Shown: piece by piece, positions 63,649 through 64,000 of the stretch | Layout: every line of letters begins with the position of its first letter | How positions within the stretch are numbered: the first letter of the stretch is position 1 | NCBI GenBank assembly: GCA_963674755.2 | Contig: CAXXVS010000002.1 | Coordinates: forward strand, 1,568,001 to 1,632,000 | Source: Desulfobacterales bacterium | GTDB lineage: Bacteria > Desulfobacterota > Desulfobacteria > Desulfobacterales > UBA5852 | Length of the DNA: 64,000 nt | Direction: 5' to 3' | Program-made: the position numbers and the translations under genes | Notes under the pieces: generated by a model | What the model saw: the letters and a program-made list of their open reading frames with translations, nothing else | What the model was told of the DNA's origin: nothing | Databases searched by the model: none

Positions 63649-63788
63649 GGGTTCAGGGATCCGAGGGGTCAGGGATTCAAGGGTAAAAAGAAGAAGGGTG
63701 AAGCAACGGTTTGACTTGAAAAAGTGCGTCCTGTTACTGTTTTGTTGCTTTTCACGCGACCCCTTGGCCCCTTGAATCCTCGGACCCT
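63648..63788. repeat. inverted arrays of 8-bp repeats forming a long hairpin
   Basis: AGGGTTCA|GGGATCCG|AGGGGTCA|GGGATTCA versus CGACCCCT|TGGCCCCT|TGAATCCT|CGGACCCT. Confidence 0.75.
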
Positions 63789-63833
63789 GCCGTTTCTGCT
63801 CCTTTGACCCCTTCAATCGAAAGGAACATCGCC

Positions 63834-64000
63834 ATGGCCACCCGCTACTGGCTCATGAAATCCGAACCCGGAGAGTATTCCCTGGAGGATCTCAAAAGCG
63901 AACCCCACCAGACCGACCACTGGGACGGCGTGCGCAACTACCAGGCCCGCAACTTCATGCGCGACGAGATGCAGAAAGGCGACCGGGTGATCTTCTACCA
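63834..64000 (+). CDS. EVE domain protein (3'-partial)
   Basis: MATRYWLMKSEP...WDGVRNYQARNFMRDEMQKGD. Confidence 0.92.
   Translation, partial: MATRYWLMKSEPGEYSLEDLKSEPHQTDHWDGVRNYQARNFMRDEMQKGDRVIFY

Overview
Bacterial chromosome segment. The gene repertoire (YcaO-TPR, GcvT-SHMT fusion, several sigma54 promoters) suggests a Desulfobacterales-type deltaproteobacterium (inference). About 1-21,300 is a compositionally patchy accessory region downstream of the 3' end of tRNA-Ala(CGC). It holds putative defence genes (a nucleoside-deoxyribosyltransferase/TIR-like domain fused to an RNA polymerase alpha-CTD mimic, and a HEPN-like protein), four copies of a GGGTCGCATCTTAATTAT repeat at module junctions, an intact IS21, integron-cassette remnants, two alpha/beta hydrolases, a MarR-ABC exporter operon and a Tat metallophosphoesterase. 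About 21,400-64,000 looks like GC-rich core genome: YcaO-TPR, ParA, dynamin-like GTPase, glycerate kinase, GAF adenylate cyclase, hemL, a degenerate KptA, tRNA-Lys, dinB, GcvT-SHMT, a GntR-rocD-OTC-arginine synthetase(ArcE)-like-carbamate kinase operon, a sigma54 activator facing a candidate sRNA and a 26-aa peptide, mutM, a peptide ABC transporter with dipeptidase, and a partial EVE gene. All family calls come from motif recognition by eye; no database searches were run.
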